DNA from: Macrostomum hystrix
Lineage: Eukaryota > Animalia > Platyhelminthes
Assembly (NCBI GenBank): GCA_950097015.1
Contig: CATNEN010000011.1
Coordinates: forward strand, 1,302,001 to 1,366,000
Length of the DNA: 64,000 bases
Direction of reading: 5' to 3'
Part shown: in pieces, positions 35,648-48,515 of the stretch
Layout of the letters: the number at the start of each line of letters is the position of its first letter
Numbering within the stretch: the stretch's first letter is position 1
Notes under the pieces: generated by a model
What the model was told of the DNA's origin: nothing
Databases searched by the model: none
Seen by the model: the letters and a program-made list of their open reading frames with translations, nothing else
Made by a program: the position numbers and the translations under genes

Positions 35648-36108
35648 CTGTGAGGAACCATGCGGGCAAGTGTTATTTAGAAACTAGTTCCGTTCCTCAC
35701 TGAAACTCTTCGGCAGATTCCGATTTCCAATCTTTAGCCGCTTCTAGATCTAGCGATTCCAGATAATTATCTTCGGCAGATTCCATTTCCTAATATAAGA
35801 TTTTAAGTAGATTCCAGTTCCTAATCTAGGCTTTCGGCAAATTTGAGTTTCCAATTCCTAACGGAAACAGACACTAAATTCCTAACGAGATAATCGGCAG
35901 TTTCCCATTTCTTATCAATATTTTCGGCAGATTCCAGTGCCTTATCATATCTGATTCCCGATTTTATTGCACATGACAAATTGGTCTTGGGCGGATTCCA
36001 AACGTAGCCAAGTCAGATTCCAGCATAATTTAGAAGCTAATCGAAAAATCTTTGTCAGATTCCTGTACTTAATAATAATTTTAACAATTTCAACGAATAG
36101 CAGCAAAC

Positions 36109-36333
36109 CTTGAGATCTCGCTGAAGTCTTTCGATAACTTCGCCGCTTCGACCGCTCTCAGTCTGGGAACGATGCAGAGCCTCTTCAAGATCGCGTAGTC
36201 GACTAGACAACTCAGAAACTTGCCTCCGACTGAGCAGCAACTCAGCGCTGCTTTTGTCTAACCGATCCTGATAGTCTACGATTTTGGCCGCGTCTGAGTC
36301 CGCCTCGGTGTTGCCATTGGATATGGCGGCAGG
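36109..36333 (-). CDS. Liprin-alpha (PPFIA/syd-2): Liprin-alpha exon 3 (coiled coil)
   Basis: Open heptad-like frame ending LQRDLK, which joins EAEAQRED of the next exon. AAG|GTTTGC donor; tandem AAG/CAG acceptor, so the start may be 36336. Confidence 0.85.
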
Positions 36334-36409
36334 CTGCTTTGCAACAGCAAAGTTTTAAGGAGTCTTCTTTCATGTATCATGTATTAATGACAAAAAGCAC
36401 GAATGACCC

Positions 36410-36965
36410 ACACTGACTTGCCTAGATACCATCTTCAGCTACCTAATGACCATCTTCATCAGTTACCTAATGACCAACTTCAGTCACATAATGACCATCT
36501 TCAGCTACTTAATGATCATCTTCAGCTACCTAATGACCATCTTCATCAGTTACCTAATGACCATCTTCAGTTACCTAATGACCATCTTCAGTTATATAAT
36601 GACCAACTTCGGTTACCGAATGACTAACTTCAGTTTCCTAATAGCCACCTAATGACTAACTTCAGTTTCCTAATAGCTACATAATGACGAACTTCAGTTT
36701 CCTAATAGCTACCTAATGACTAACTTCAGTTTCCTAATAGCTACCTAATGACTAAGTTCAGTTTCCTAATAGCTACCGAATGACTAACTTCAGTTTCCTA
36801 ATAGCTACCTAATGACTAAGTTCAGTTTCCTAATAGCTACCTAATGACTAAGTTCAGTTTCCTAATAGCTACCGAATGACTAACTTCAGTTTCCTAATAG
36901 CTACATAATGACTAACTTCAGTTTCCTAATAGCTACCAAATGAGCAACTTCAGCTACCTAATGAC
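36410..36965. repeat. 24-27-bp minisatellite (CTACCTAATGACYAWCTTCAGTTTCCTAATAG family)
   Basis: Direct periodicity with two subtypes. Confidence 0.92.
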
Positions 36966-37023
36966 CATAATGACAAGTAATAGATTATATGACTGGTATC
37001 AAAGCAAAAAGAAGACAATTTAC

Positions 37024-37440
37024 CGCTGACTCAGAATTAGCAGCGCCACTATCAGAAGTTCTGCTCAACCTGGCCACCTGTTCTCTCAGGCTAAACAGTT
37101 CCTGATTGGCTGAGCCCAGTTCCTCTTCAAGCTGGCCAGACCGATCCAAAGCCTGGCGCAGTTTCTCTTTAATCTTCTCATCCAGCGCTTTGTGATGCTC
37201 GAATAAGCTTTTCAAAGCTTTCAAAACTTCAACCTCGGAGCTGACGCCGGCGGGCGATGCTGCCTGTCGCTTGACAACGGTCATGCGCAGAGAGCGCTCG
37301 TGCCTAGCAACTAGGGATTCCAGGTGCTCCAATAGAAGCCTAGTATTGTTGCGTTCAGCTTTCAAATCGCCCACTTCTTCTTCGCGTTCTCGAAGCTGTT
37401 CTCGGACTAGATTTAATTCGCGACTCAGTACAGCAACGTC
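37024..37440 (-). CDS. Liprin-alpha (PPFIA/syd-2): Liprin-alpha exon 2 (LH1 coiled coil)
   Basis: [64 protein letters not shown] is the diagnostic liprin-alpha motif. CCGCAG acceptor and GCG|GTAAAT donor. Confidence 0.97.
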
Positions 37441-37611
37441 CTGCGGAAGTACCAGATATTTACCAATAGTGTAATAATATTTGTAGTAGGCTAGTGGACA
37501 CTGGTACATCATTTTTTGACAGTAAATGACAATCCTGCCCGGATTTATAAATCGTGGTCCCAAATAAATGTGGCCTCGCAGCGGAATCGAACCCTGGGAG
37601 CTTGGTTTGAT

Positions 37612-37777
37612 TTGAAGGTTGGGGGTTCGATTCCAGACTCACTGGAACAATAAGTGCCATTTTAGCAATACACTTAACTCTGCGTTCCTTTAGTTCACCC
37701 AGCTGTAAAATGGGTCCCCCAGTCCATGGACTGAACAGCCGTACGCAGCCTACAGATGCTGCGGCTGTGCTGTCGTC
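37612..37777 (+). mobile_element. 5'-truncated, diverged CORE-SINE copy
   Basis: B box GGTTCGATTCC, CORE-like TTTAGCAATACACTTAACTCTGC...CACCCAGCTGTAAAATGGG and CAGTCCATGGACTG. Confidence 0.8.
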
Positions 37778-38329
37778 ATGACAGGCGTAATCAGCTCGAT
37801 TATGAAGGACACATCTGGTTCCACTTCGGCTGAGATTTGACCCCGTGAAATATTCAGACTTTATTCCTTAGACAACTGGCTTAGCTGTAGCAGATACGCA
37901 TTGTGCGTAACCATACTTTACCTAGTTGCTTGTATAGGAACTTGAATTATAACCCGCACCGCAAAGTGATAGCATGCAAAAAACGCACGTGGAATGCTTT
38001 CCAGCTAGTTTTTTTAGGAAGAGACCTAATTTATGGACTGCCCTTGGGCGCAAAAAATACACGAATTCGTGTGCAACAAGTAGCTACAATGGGAAGACAA
38101 TCTTGTCATTATTTAGGGTCAATTGTATCGCTTTAGTTTTCAATTAAAAATGCACCCAATAGGAAGAGCAGGGAAGAGAGTTTGAAGTGCAACCATTTCT
38201 TATACAACAGTAAACAATCGAAACATTAAAAGAGCATCTGAATGGACTAAAAACACTCAGGGCAACAGTGGGTCAGAAGCAGCAGTTGTCTAAGTAGTCA
38301 GGGGATCAGAGTCCTTAGTGGGTCAGAAA

Positions 38330-40940
38330 TCAGTGTTATTGAGTCACGGATCAGTGTTATAGGGTCAGTGATCAGTGTTATAGTGTCAGGGATCAGTGTT
38401 ATAGGGTCAGTGATCAGTGTTATAGGGTCAGTGATCAGTGTTATAGGGTCAGGGATCAGTGTTATAGGGTCAGGGATCAGTGTTATAGGATCAGGGATCA
38501 GTGTCATAGGGTCAGTGATCAGTGTTATTGAGTCACGGATCAGTGTTATAGGGTCAGTGATCAGTGTTATAGGGTCAGGGATCAGTGTTATAGGGTCAGG
38601 GATCAGTGTTATAGGGTCAGGGATCAGTGTTATAGGGTCAGGGATCAGTGTTATAGGGTCAGTGATCAGTGTTATAGGATCAGGGATCAGTGCTATAGGG
38701 TCAGTGATCAGTGTTATAGGATCAGTGATCAGTGTTATAGGGTCAGGGATCAGTGTTATAGGATCAGGGATCAGTGTCATAGGGTCAGTGATCAGTGTTA
38801 TTGAGTCACGGATCAGTGTTATAGGGTCAGTGATCAGTGTTATAGGGTCAGGGATCAGTGTTATAGGGTCAGGGATAGTGCTATAGGGTCAGGTATCAGT
38901 GCTATAGGGTCAGTGATCAGTGTTATAGGATCAGGGATCAGTGCTATAGGGTCAGGGATCAGTGAAATAGGGTCAGTGATCAGTGTTATAGGATCAGGGA
39001 TCAGTGTTATAGGATCAGGGATCAGTGTTATAGGGTCAGGGATCAGTGTTATAGGGTCAGGGATCAGTGTTATAGGGTCAGGGATCAGTGTTATAGGGTC
39101 AGGGATCAGTGTTATAGGGTCAGGGATCAGTGTTCTAGGGTCAGGGATAGTGCTATAGGGTCAGGTATCAGTGCTATAGGGTCAGGGATCAGTGCTATAG
39201 GGTCAGTGATCAGTGTTATAGGATCAGTGATCAGTGTTATAGGGTCAGGGATCAGTGAAATAGGGTCAGTGATCAGTGTTATAGGATCAGGGATCAGTGT
39301 TATAGGGTCAGGGATCAGTGTTATAGGGTCAGGGATCAGTGTTACAGGGTCAGTGATCAGTGCTATAGGGTCAGGGATCAGTGTTATAGGGTCAGGGATC
39401 AGTGTTATAGGGTCAGGGATCAGTGAAATAGGGTCAGTGATCAGTGTTATAGGATCAGGGATCAGTGTTATAGGGTCAGGGATCAGTGTTATAGGGTCAG
39501 GGATCAGTGTTATAGGGTCAGGGATCAGTGCTATAGGGTCAGTGATCAGTGTTATAGGATCAGTGATCAGTGTTATAGGGTCAGGGATCAGTGAAATAGG
39601 GTCAGTGATCAGTGTTATAGGATCAGGGATCAGTGTTATAGGGTCAGGGATCAGTGTTATAGGGTCAGGGATCAGTGTTACAGGGTCAGTGATCAGTGCT
39701 ATAGGGTCAGGGATCAGTGTTATAGGGTCAGGGATCAGTGTTATAGGGTCAGGGATCAGTGAAATAGGGTCAGTGATCAGTGTTATAGGATCAGGGATCA
39801 GTGTTATAGGGTCAGGGATCAGTGTTATAGGGTCAGGGATCAGTGTTATAGGGTCAGGGATCAGTGCTATAGGGTCAGGGATCAGTGTTATAGGGTCAGG
39901 GATCAGTGTTATAGGATCAGGGATCAGTGTTATAGGATCAGGGATCAGTGTTATAGGGTCAGGGATCAGTGTTATAGGGTCAGGGATCAGTGTTATAGGG
40001 TCAGGGATCAGTGTTATAGGGTCAGGGATCAGTGTTATAGGGTCAGGGATCAGTGTTATAGGGTCAGGGATCAGTGTTATAGGATCAGGGATCAGTGTCA
40101 TAGGGTCAGTGATCAGTGTTATTGAGTCACGGATCAGTGTTATAGGGTCAGTGATCAGTGTTATAGGGTCAGGGATCAGTGTTATAGGGTCAGGGATCAG
40201 TGTTATAGGGTCAGGGATCAGTGTTATAGGGTCAGGGATCAGTGTTATAGGGTCAGTGATCAGTGTTATAGGGTCAGGGATCAGTGTTATAGGGTCAGGG
40301 ATCAGTGCTATAGGGTCAGGGATCAGTGCTATAGGGTCAGTGATCAGTGTTATAGGGTCAGTGATCAGTGCTATAGGGTCAGGAATCAGTGCTATAGGGT
40401 CAGGGATCAGTGCTATAGGGTCAGGGATCAGTGCTATAGGGTCAGGGATCAGTGTTATAGGGTCAGGGATCAGTGCTATAGGGTCAGTGATCAGTGTTAT
40501 AGGATCAGGGATCAGTGCTATAGGGTCAGGGATCAGTGAAATAGGGTCAGTGATCAGTGTTATAGGATCAGGGATCAGTGTTATAGGGTCAGGGATCAGT
40601 GTTATAGGGTCAGGGATCAGTGTTATAGGGTCAGGGATCAGTGTTATAGGGTCAGGGATCAGTGTTATAGGGTCAGTGATCAGTGCCATAGGGTCAGGGA
40701 TCAGTGTTATAGGATCAGGGATCAGTGCTATAGGGTCAGTGATCAGTGCTATAGGATCAGGGATCAGTGCTATAGGGTCAGGGATCAGTGCTATAGGGTC
40801 AGGGATCAGTGCTATAGGATCAGGGATCAGTGCTATAGGGTCAGGGATCAGTGCTATAGGATCAGGGATCAGTGCTATAGGATCAGGGATCAGTGCTATA
40901 GGGTCAGGGATCAGTGCTATAGGATCAGGGATCAGTGCTA
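38330..40940. repeat. 21-bp minisatellite (GGGTCAGGGATCAGTGTTATA), about 120 copies, in liprin intron 1
   Basis: Direct periodicity. ORFs 39127..40980 and 39206..40957 are unit translations. Confidence 0.97.
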
Positions 40941-42238
40941 GAGAGGATGCCAAATAGAGCGAATGCCAAAACGAAAACATAGTAGCATGTGGTTTCGGAG
41001 GCCATGGTTATTTATTTTGACATTAATCGCTCCATGATAGTTCAAACAAAATTACATCCAATTTTGTGTCATTAAAATTGCTAACTCAAAAACGCCAGAG
41101 AATCATTTCTGATTCTAACTAACTCGTATGTAGATTACTACGCCAGAATACGTGCAAGCTAGTTAATCTTTGTAGCTAAACTAGATGCGGCATGGCATTG
41201 AATAGCAACAGAAATTATCGAGGGTAGTCTAGATGAAATGCCATCTGGGAGATAGTACGGAGAGAGAGAGAGGAATGGGAGAGGAGAGATGCAGCATTCT
41301 CTCGATAACAGTATTTTTCTAACTATTCGAGCATATAGGCTAAGGATGGTGCAGCAGCAGCAGTTGTCAACGAATGTGTACAGATGTACATAGCTCTTGC
41401 ATATCATTCTCGTTGCTTTATCTCTAACCATGCCAGGAACAGAAGCCACAGATCGTTAAAACTGATGCCATCAAAACAGAGACACACATATTAACAAGAA
41501 TTTGATAACTGATACATATTTCTAAGGCTGAGATTCGATCTCCCGACCTTTTCAGTTAGAAGTCCAACTAAAGCTATTAAACCACTAAACTACAAGCTCC
41601 CTTTGAATATATATATAGATGTGTGCTAAATCATGCCGCCATTTTATATGGGAAAAGGCCAGGAAATGTAGGATGAGAAGAAGAACGACAAACGTCCTTA
41701 CTAAGGTGCCCCCCTAGGGGAGTTAGAGACAGACAGACAGAGAGAGATGAAGAGGGAGCCAGCTGCACTTAAACATGCTGTTAGATTAGAGACCCCTGCC
41801 TTCCTAATTCTCTCATCTTCAATGGAGCGCGAGCTTGTTCCCATCACCAATGGCCCCCCTATTCTATTAATCCAGCCCAGATCACCAGTTGATTGTGTGC
41901 TTATGCTTTGTCTATGCAATCATATGTATGCCAGAACCTATAACATAATAGCTAATTATATATCTCTAAGAAATAAGTTAGGGAAACGCTACGAATAAAA
42001 CAGTCGAGAGTAAATTACATACAGTAGCTGACATCCAATTGGGAAAATTAATATTATGAAAGGGTAAAACTTAAACAGCGAGATACGATAGTAAAAATGA
42101 GATGACTGATAAGACGATAATATCCATATCAGTGTCTCTGTACTTCTCGTATGTTGATCTGGCATTGAATACGCAGTATATTTTGTATATATATATTTAT
42201 ATATATGCTAGTCTAGCTTTAAGTGGAATCATTTATTA

Positions 42239-42503
42239 ATGTGCAGCCGACAGCACAGCCGCAGCTATTGCGCGGCGCATCTGAAAGCTGCGTAGGACTG
42301 TTCAGTCCATGGACAGGAGGGGCGCCACACCCCTCTTCAATTATCCCAGCTAATGCTGGTACCCATTTGACAGCTGGGTGAACTGAAGCAATGCATAATC
42401 AAGTGTCTTGCTAAAGGACACAAATTGTTCTAGTAAAGTCGGGAATCGAACCCCCGACCTTCAAGTTGTGATTCAGATGCTCTAACTACAAGGCTACAAC
42501 CTC
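42239..42503 (-). mobile_element. tRNA-derived CORE-SINE, full-length copy
   Basis: Reverse complement of the 4084-4350 element along its whole length. Confidence 0.87.
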
Positions 42504-43429
42504 TCTATTTAGTTACGATTTTTTTAGTTTTAAGTGAAAAGGGAGATTTGAAGGAAAAAATAAAAATGGTTATCTTAAGGGGGAGAATGTGAAAAGGGAT
42601 ATCTCAAGAGGCGGGGGGGAAGCGAAAAGAGGAGATCTTAATGGGGATCACGAGAAAACAGGAGATCATAAGGGACAGAAAGTGAAAAAGCGTGAATCGG
42701 TAAGGCAGGGAGATTCTAAAACGGAAGAACGTGCAACAGTAACTATAGATTCTTATATATTTCCCCGGACTAACAGAATAAGCAACGAACACTTTCCCCC
42801 CTAGTTAAAGTGTCTAAGTTACAATAGTAGATTAGCTACATACTGGCAAGGTAAGGCTATTCAACCGCCCACGATCGTGTAGAATGACTATTGTGCCAGG
42901 TGTTTAACATTCTGCATTTAAAAAGATCATTTTATGAAGCTTTAATCGTAGAAATCATTCTAAAGTTCGCTTATTAACTTGGTCTCAATAAGACAGACAA
43001 AAGTGCAGCTAGACTGAAAAAAGTTTTTACATTTAGAGTATAAACAACTATAGCTTAAGTGTGAAGCTAACGCAACCGTAATTCATTATTATTATTTTTA
43101 TTTATGACTATTTATCCAGAGCTTCTCGCAGAAATTGGCCAAAACTAAGGGCACAGCAATCAGCGGTAGAAGCACCGTCAAGGATTTGTTATTCCCAGCC
43201 ACATTTGTATAGCCAGTCTAGCTGCGCTGTTGATGAGTTGTTGGCACTAGTTTTCTGTGTTGATCTATTTCTCTTTCTGTATATTCTAGTATATATTCTA
43301 GGAATATATAACACAGAAAAGTTAGCAAAAAGTATTAATATTTGACTGCTCTGAATTTGAGCACTAAAATCAACTTGACACAGAACAATAAAGAAAACTA
43401 GACAGATAGAAGAGGGAAGAGATTGGACA

Positions 43430-44760
43430 GGGGAGAGATGAGGCAGGGTAGAGATGAGACACGGGAGAGATGAGGCAGGGGAGAGATGAGGCAGGGGAGA
43501 GATGAGGCAGGGGAGAGATGAGACACAGGAGAGATAAGGCACGGGAGAGATGAGACACGGGAGAGATGAGACACAGGGGAGATGAGACACAGGAGATGAG
43601 ACACAGGAGAGATGAGACACATGAGAGATGAGACACAGGAGAGATAAGGCACGGGAGAGATGAGACACAGGAGAGATAAGGCACGTGAGAGATGAGACAC
43701 GGGAGAGATGAGACACAGGAGAGATGAGACACAGGAGAGATGAGACACATGAGAGATGAGACACAGGAGAGATAAGGCACGTGAGAGATGAGACACAGGA
43801 GAGATGAGACACATGAGAGATGAGACACATGAGAGATGAGACACAGGAGAGATAAGGCACGTGAGAGATGAGACACAGGAGAGATGAGACACAGGAGATG
43901 AGACACAGGAGAGATGAGACACATGAGAGATGAGACACAGGAGAGATGAGACACAGGAGAGATAAGGCACGGGAGAGATGAGACACAGGAGAGATGAGGC
44001 ACGGGAGAGATGAGACACAGGAGAGATGAGACACAGGAGAGATGAGACACATGAGAGATGAGACACAGGAGAGATAAGGCACGTGAGAGATGAGACACAG
44101 GAGAGATGAGACACATGAGAGATGAGACACAGGAGAGATGAGACACAGGAGAGATGAGACACATGAGAGATGAGACACAGGAGAGATAAGGCACGTGAGA
44201 GATGAGACACAGGAGAGATGAGACACATGAGAGATGAGACACAGGAGAGATGAGACACAGGAGAGATGAGACACATGAGAGATGAGACACAGGAGAGATG
44301 AGACACAGGAGAGATAAGGCACGGGAGAGATGAGACACAGGAGAGATGAGGCACGGGAGAGATGAGGCACGGGAGAGATGAGACACAGGAGAATAGAGAC
44401 ACAGGAGAGAAGAGACACAGGAGAGATGAGACACAGGAGAGATGAGACACAGGAGAGATGAGACACATGAGAGATGAGACACATGAGAGATGAGACACAG
44501 GAGAGATGAGACACAGGAGAGATGAGACACATGAGAGATATGACACAGAAAAGATAAGACACAGGAGAGATGAGACACAGGAGAGATGAGACACATGAGA
44601 GATGAGACACATGAGAGATGAGACACAGGAGAGATGAGACACAGGAGAGATGAGACACGGGAGAGATGAGACACAGGAGAGATGAGACACATGAGAGATA
44701 TGACACAGAAAAGATAAGACACAGGAGAGATGAGACACGGGAGAGATGAGACAAGTGAGA
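43430..44760. repeat. 18-bp purine-rich minisatellite (GAGAGATGAGACACAGGA)
   Basis: Direct periodicity. Three overlapping minus-strand ORFs are artefacts. Confidence 0.97.
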
Positions 44761-45460
44761 GAGAAGACAAGGGATGTAGATTGTAGACTAAACTAGACTA
44801 CAACCTCAAAGGACGAAAGCTTTCTGGCCTAGCAAGAAATTCTTAATACAACTTTAACAGAACATTTAGCCAATTCATTTTCAAATTGTAAATCCTTTAG
44901 AGGCGTTTGGATGCGGCAGATTTTTAAGCAACCAACCAACGGATCCTAAAGAAAACTCGAATCCCCTAGAGCAATAATATACGACTGCGCCGCTGCAAGC
45001 GGCTCTACAGTCTGCTATTTTTTCTTTTATAAGAGCGCCTTTAAGAAAAATAGATGGCTTATAGTGGCCGGCAAGAAGATTGGGGTGGGTGGTTGGGGCA
45101 AAAGCTGCTTTTCAAGCAGAGCAAAAGTGCAGGCCCTAAAAATCAACCCGGCCTTACTATGTACTCGTAAACTAATAAAATATTAATATGTAGAGTTTAA
45201 AATAAAGAAAGTAATTTTACTGTCTAGCTATCCTACGTGGATTGATCGATATTGATTGTTCTTTTACAAAGTATCAATTATTAATAAAAATTTGACAAGA
45301 TGCAGAATAAAACTATGTTATCAGATTAGTAATTTAATTAACAAGTTACTAGGCCTATAAGCTATAAGCTTGAAGGTTATCATAGTTCAAACTAGATTTC
45401 TAATGACTCAAATGTGTCTCCAAGAACTTAAGCATTTCTTTGAGGAACTAAATTCGTATC

Positions 45461-45930
45461 TAACGACTCAAACTCGTCTCTAACAGCTCAAACTCAACTC
45501 TAACGACTCAAACTCGTCTCTAACGACTCAAACTCGTATCTAACGACTGAAACTCGTCTCTAACGACTCAAACTCGTCTCTAACAGCTCAAACTCAACTC
45601 TAACGACTCAAACGCGTATCTAACGACTGAAACTCGTCTCTAACGACTCAAACGCGTATCTAACGACTCAAACTCGTCTCTAACGACTCAAACTCGTCTC
45701 TAACAGCTCAAACTCAACTCTAACGACTCAAACTCGTCTCTAACGACTCAAACTCGTCTCTAACGACTCAAACGCGTATCTAACGACTCAAACTCGTCTC
45801 TAACGACTCAAACTCGTCTCTAACAGCTCAAACTCAACTCTAACGACTCAAACTCGTCTCTAACGACTCAAACTCGTCTCTAACGACTCAAACGCGTATC
45901 TAACGACTCAAAATCGTCTCTAACGATTCA
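45461..45930. repeat. 20-bp minisatellite (TAACGACTCAAACTCGTCTC)
   Basis: Direct periodicity. Confidence 0.95.
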
Positions 45931-46869
45931 TATGACTCACAATTGCTTTAAACGACAAAAACCCGTCTCTCTTACGATTTAAAGTCGTCACTATTGACTT
46001 ATATTTTAATTAAGGGTATCTGTATCGTGTTTAATTTGGTATAACCAACACGCTTTATATCGTGTTTTGAAACGAAAAAAATTAAATGGATAAAGATACT
46101 AGTAAAGGGCAGTAGAATTGATCTAATTGGGTTGGATAAGATTGATGTTAGTTATTAGCTGTCGATATAATCATATAACTGTGCTTATCTACGTGCGTAG
46201 AAAAGTAGAATAATAACTTAAAGAAAAAGAAGGAAAGATAGGAAAGTCTGCTTTGATTTCCTGGGCCGGCTAAACAGACAATCAAAGACTGCGTTGCTAT
46301 ATACACACACAGATCCCAATAAGCTAGCTATATAAGACAAATATATCCCCACTAAACAGACCAATCTGTCTGAATTCGCGGCCAGATCCTCTACGAGCCG
46401 TAACCAATTTCCCGATTCCATACCGCATATGGCCGATGCAATACAATCTTAAGGCATTAAATGATCTGCTAGTATCTATACGTATAACCGTATAACATAA
46501 TTTATAATATATTAATTAATTAAAATTAAAATTAAAATTAATTAACTGTTAAGTAGATCAATACAGTAAAAACCTATTTAATAGATTGCTATATTAATTA
46601 ATACATGAAACATAAATATAGACTTCAATAGATGCTAATAATTTTGAATCAAATGAGTTGAAAAAGTTGAAGGAGATAAGAGTAAAAAAGAGATGAACTT
46701 TTTTCTATAATATTGCCAACAAACCCTTTAAGTGAAGATGGAGATTACAATTGAAAAACAAATAATAGAAATCTCATAGTAAGGTTATTAAGACACAAGG
46801 AAACATCAGATAATAAGAAAATAAATCAACATGGTGGATATATAACCCAATTAATTAGTAGAAAAATAT

Positions 46870-47340
46870 ATTATATATCAGCCGATCAAATGACAGAAAG
46901 ATAAATCAGCCAATCAAACACCAGTAAGATATATCAGCCAATCAAACGCCAGTAACATACATCAGCCAATCAAAGAACAGGAAGAAATATCAGCCAATCA
47001 AACGCCAGTAAGATATATCAGCCAATCAAACGCCAGTAACATACATCAGCCAATCAAAGAACAGGAAGAAATATCAGCCAATTAAACGCCAGTAAGATAT
47101 ATCAGCCAATCAAACGCCAGTAACATACATCAGCCAATCAAAGAACAGGAAGAAATATCAGCCAATCAAATAACAGGAAGGTAAATAAGCCAATGAAATA
47201 GCAGGAAGGTATACCAGCTAATCAAATCAAATGGAAGATATCAGCCAATCAAATAACAGGAAGGTAAATAAGCCAATGAAATAGCAGGAAGGTATACCAG
47301 CTAATCAAATCAAAGGGAAGATATATCAGCCAATCAATGA
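46870..47340. repeat. About 27-29-bp degenerate tandem repeat built around CAGCCAATCA, next to the liprin exon 1 donor
   Basis: Roughly a dozen AGCCAATCA copies plus variants. Confidence 0.9.
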
Positions 47341-47380
47341 CTGAGGAAAAACGAAGTAGAATTAAAACTCAGATTCTTAC

Positions 47381-47629
47381 CTGAGGCATAGCCGAGCTGA
47401 GCTGCTTATTGAGCAGGTCTCTGTCTCGCTCGAGTTCGTCCATCTTCTGTTGCGCAAGGCCTAGTTGTTCTTGAGCCTCGCGCAACGATTCCATGAGCTT
47501 GTCTCTCTCATCTAGCATATTTATCATTAGCTGTTCAACATTATTGGCGCCATCCTCTGATAGTTGAGACTCGCGATCACCCTGACTGCTGCCATCCTCG
47601 GAGATTGTCGGCATGACATCGCACATCAT
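47381..47629 (-). CDS. Liprin-alpha (PPFIA/syd-2): Liprin-alpha exon 1 (MMCDVMPTISED...EQLMINMLDERDKLMESLRE). Full model: 47629-47381, 37440-37024, 36333-36109, 35647-34871, 33550-33152, 32496-32410, 30883-30678, 27763-27240, 26375-26207, 25834-25263, 23477-23044 = 4059 nt
   Basis: MMCEVMPTISE-like N-terminus diagnostic of liprin-alpha; CAG|GTAAGA donor. All 11 exons are phase-compatible and their summed length is divisible by 3. Confidence 0.96.
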
Positions 47630-48234
47630 CTTGGCAGCAGAGCAGATTGATCAGAGATGACGAATATAACAACAGAGGCAACAAGAAATGACAAACTAGT
47701 GCAATAAAATGCTTTAACAGCTCAAGGCAGCCCTAATTTAGTTATTGCCACTGCTGTTGATTTTTCTTGCTGTTGATAATAAAAGTACATTTGCAGTACT
47801 TTTATTTCAATTAGCTGTACCAAGTCAACCTTCGCTTATATTTTTGCACACTAGAGCAAAAAAATATTGCACTTAAAGTGTAACGTCTGTTTTATTGAGT
47901 AGCTATATTGAAGCCAGACCAGTTTACTCAAATTTACTGCGCTGAAAATTATTTTATTAAAGAAAAAAATTAATGTTTAAAAACTAGTGCATATTAATTA
48001 ATATATTGATGTATTGTCAACCAAATTAAGAGAGCTTAAAAATTAACATAGGGAGGCCTAGCAAGCTAAGAATAGGCTAAAATTTTAATATGCATACTAA
48101 CCATGAAAAACAGCTAATACAGCATAAGTGCAATTATTTTAATGCTTTTTAAATATGCCTATTGGAATAGCTATTGGACAAAAAGGTAGCCATCATGTTA
48201 CAAATGAACAATTAAGGGGCTAGCTAGTGATATA

Positions 48235-48515
48235 CATACATGCGCAACACCCGGCCGACCCGGCCGAACTGGCCGGGTGAAACGAGGGCCAAGCAAGGTA
48301 AGTCGCAAAAACCAATTGACCATGCGCAAAAAAATCAAAGTGGGGACCAAGGGACAAAAAAGGAAGGCGTGAAGAAAAGGAAAAAGGGGAGAGAAAAAGA
48401 GAGCAAATGAGAGCAAACTAAGTCGTAAATAGAGCAATGAAATGAACTAAGTCGCAAATGAGAGCAAAAACTAAGTCGCACGGCCGGCTAAGATTTGGGA
48501 GGTTGCGCATGTATG
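48235..48515. mobile_element. 281-bp non-autonomous DNA transposon (MITE) with 14-bp TIR CATACATGCGCAAC and 8-bp TSD GTGATATA; hAT- or P-element-like
   Basis: TIRs at 48235-48248 and 48502-48515 are perfect inverted repeats. TSD GTGATATA at 48227-48234 and 48516-48523. Subterminal CCGGCCG and internal AAGTCGCAAA repeats. Confidence 0.9.

Noticed and set aside
41525-41600. Degenerate tRNA/SINE head on the minus strand
   Set aside because: It is too short and diverged to call confidently; possibly an old SINE remnant.
38298-44770. 450-620 aa ORFs on both strands (IPDPITL, SVIGSGI, CLISPVSHL repeats)
   Set aside because: They are pure minisatellite translations within liprin intron 1.
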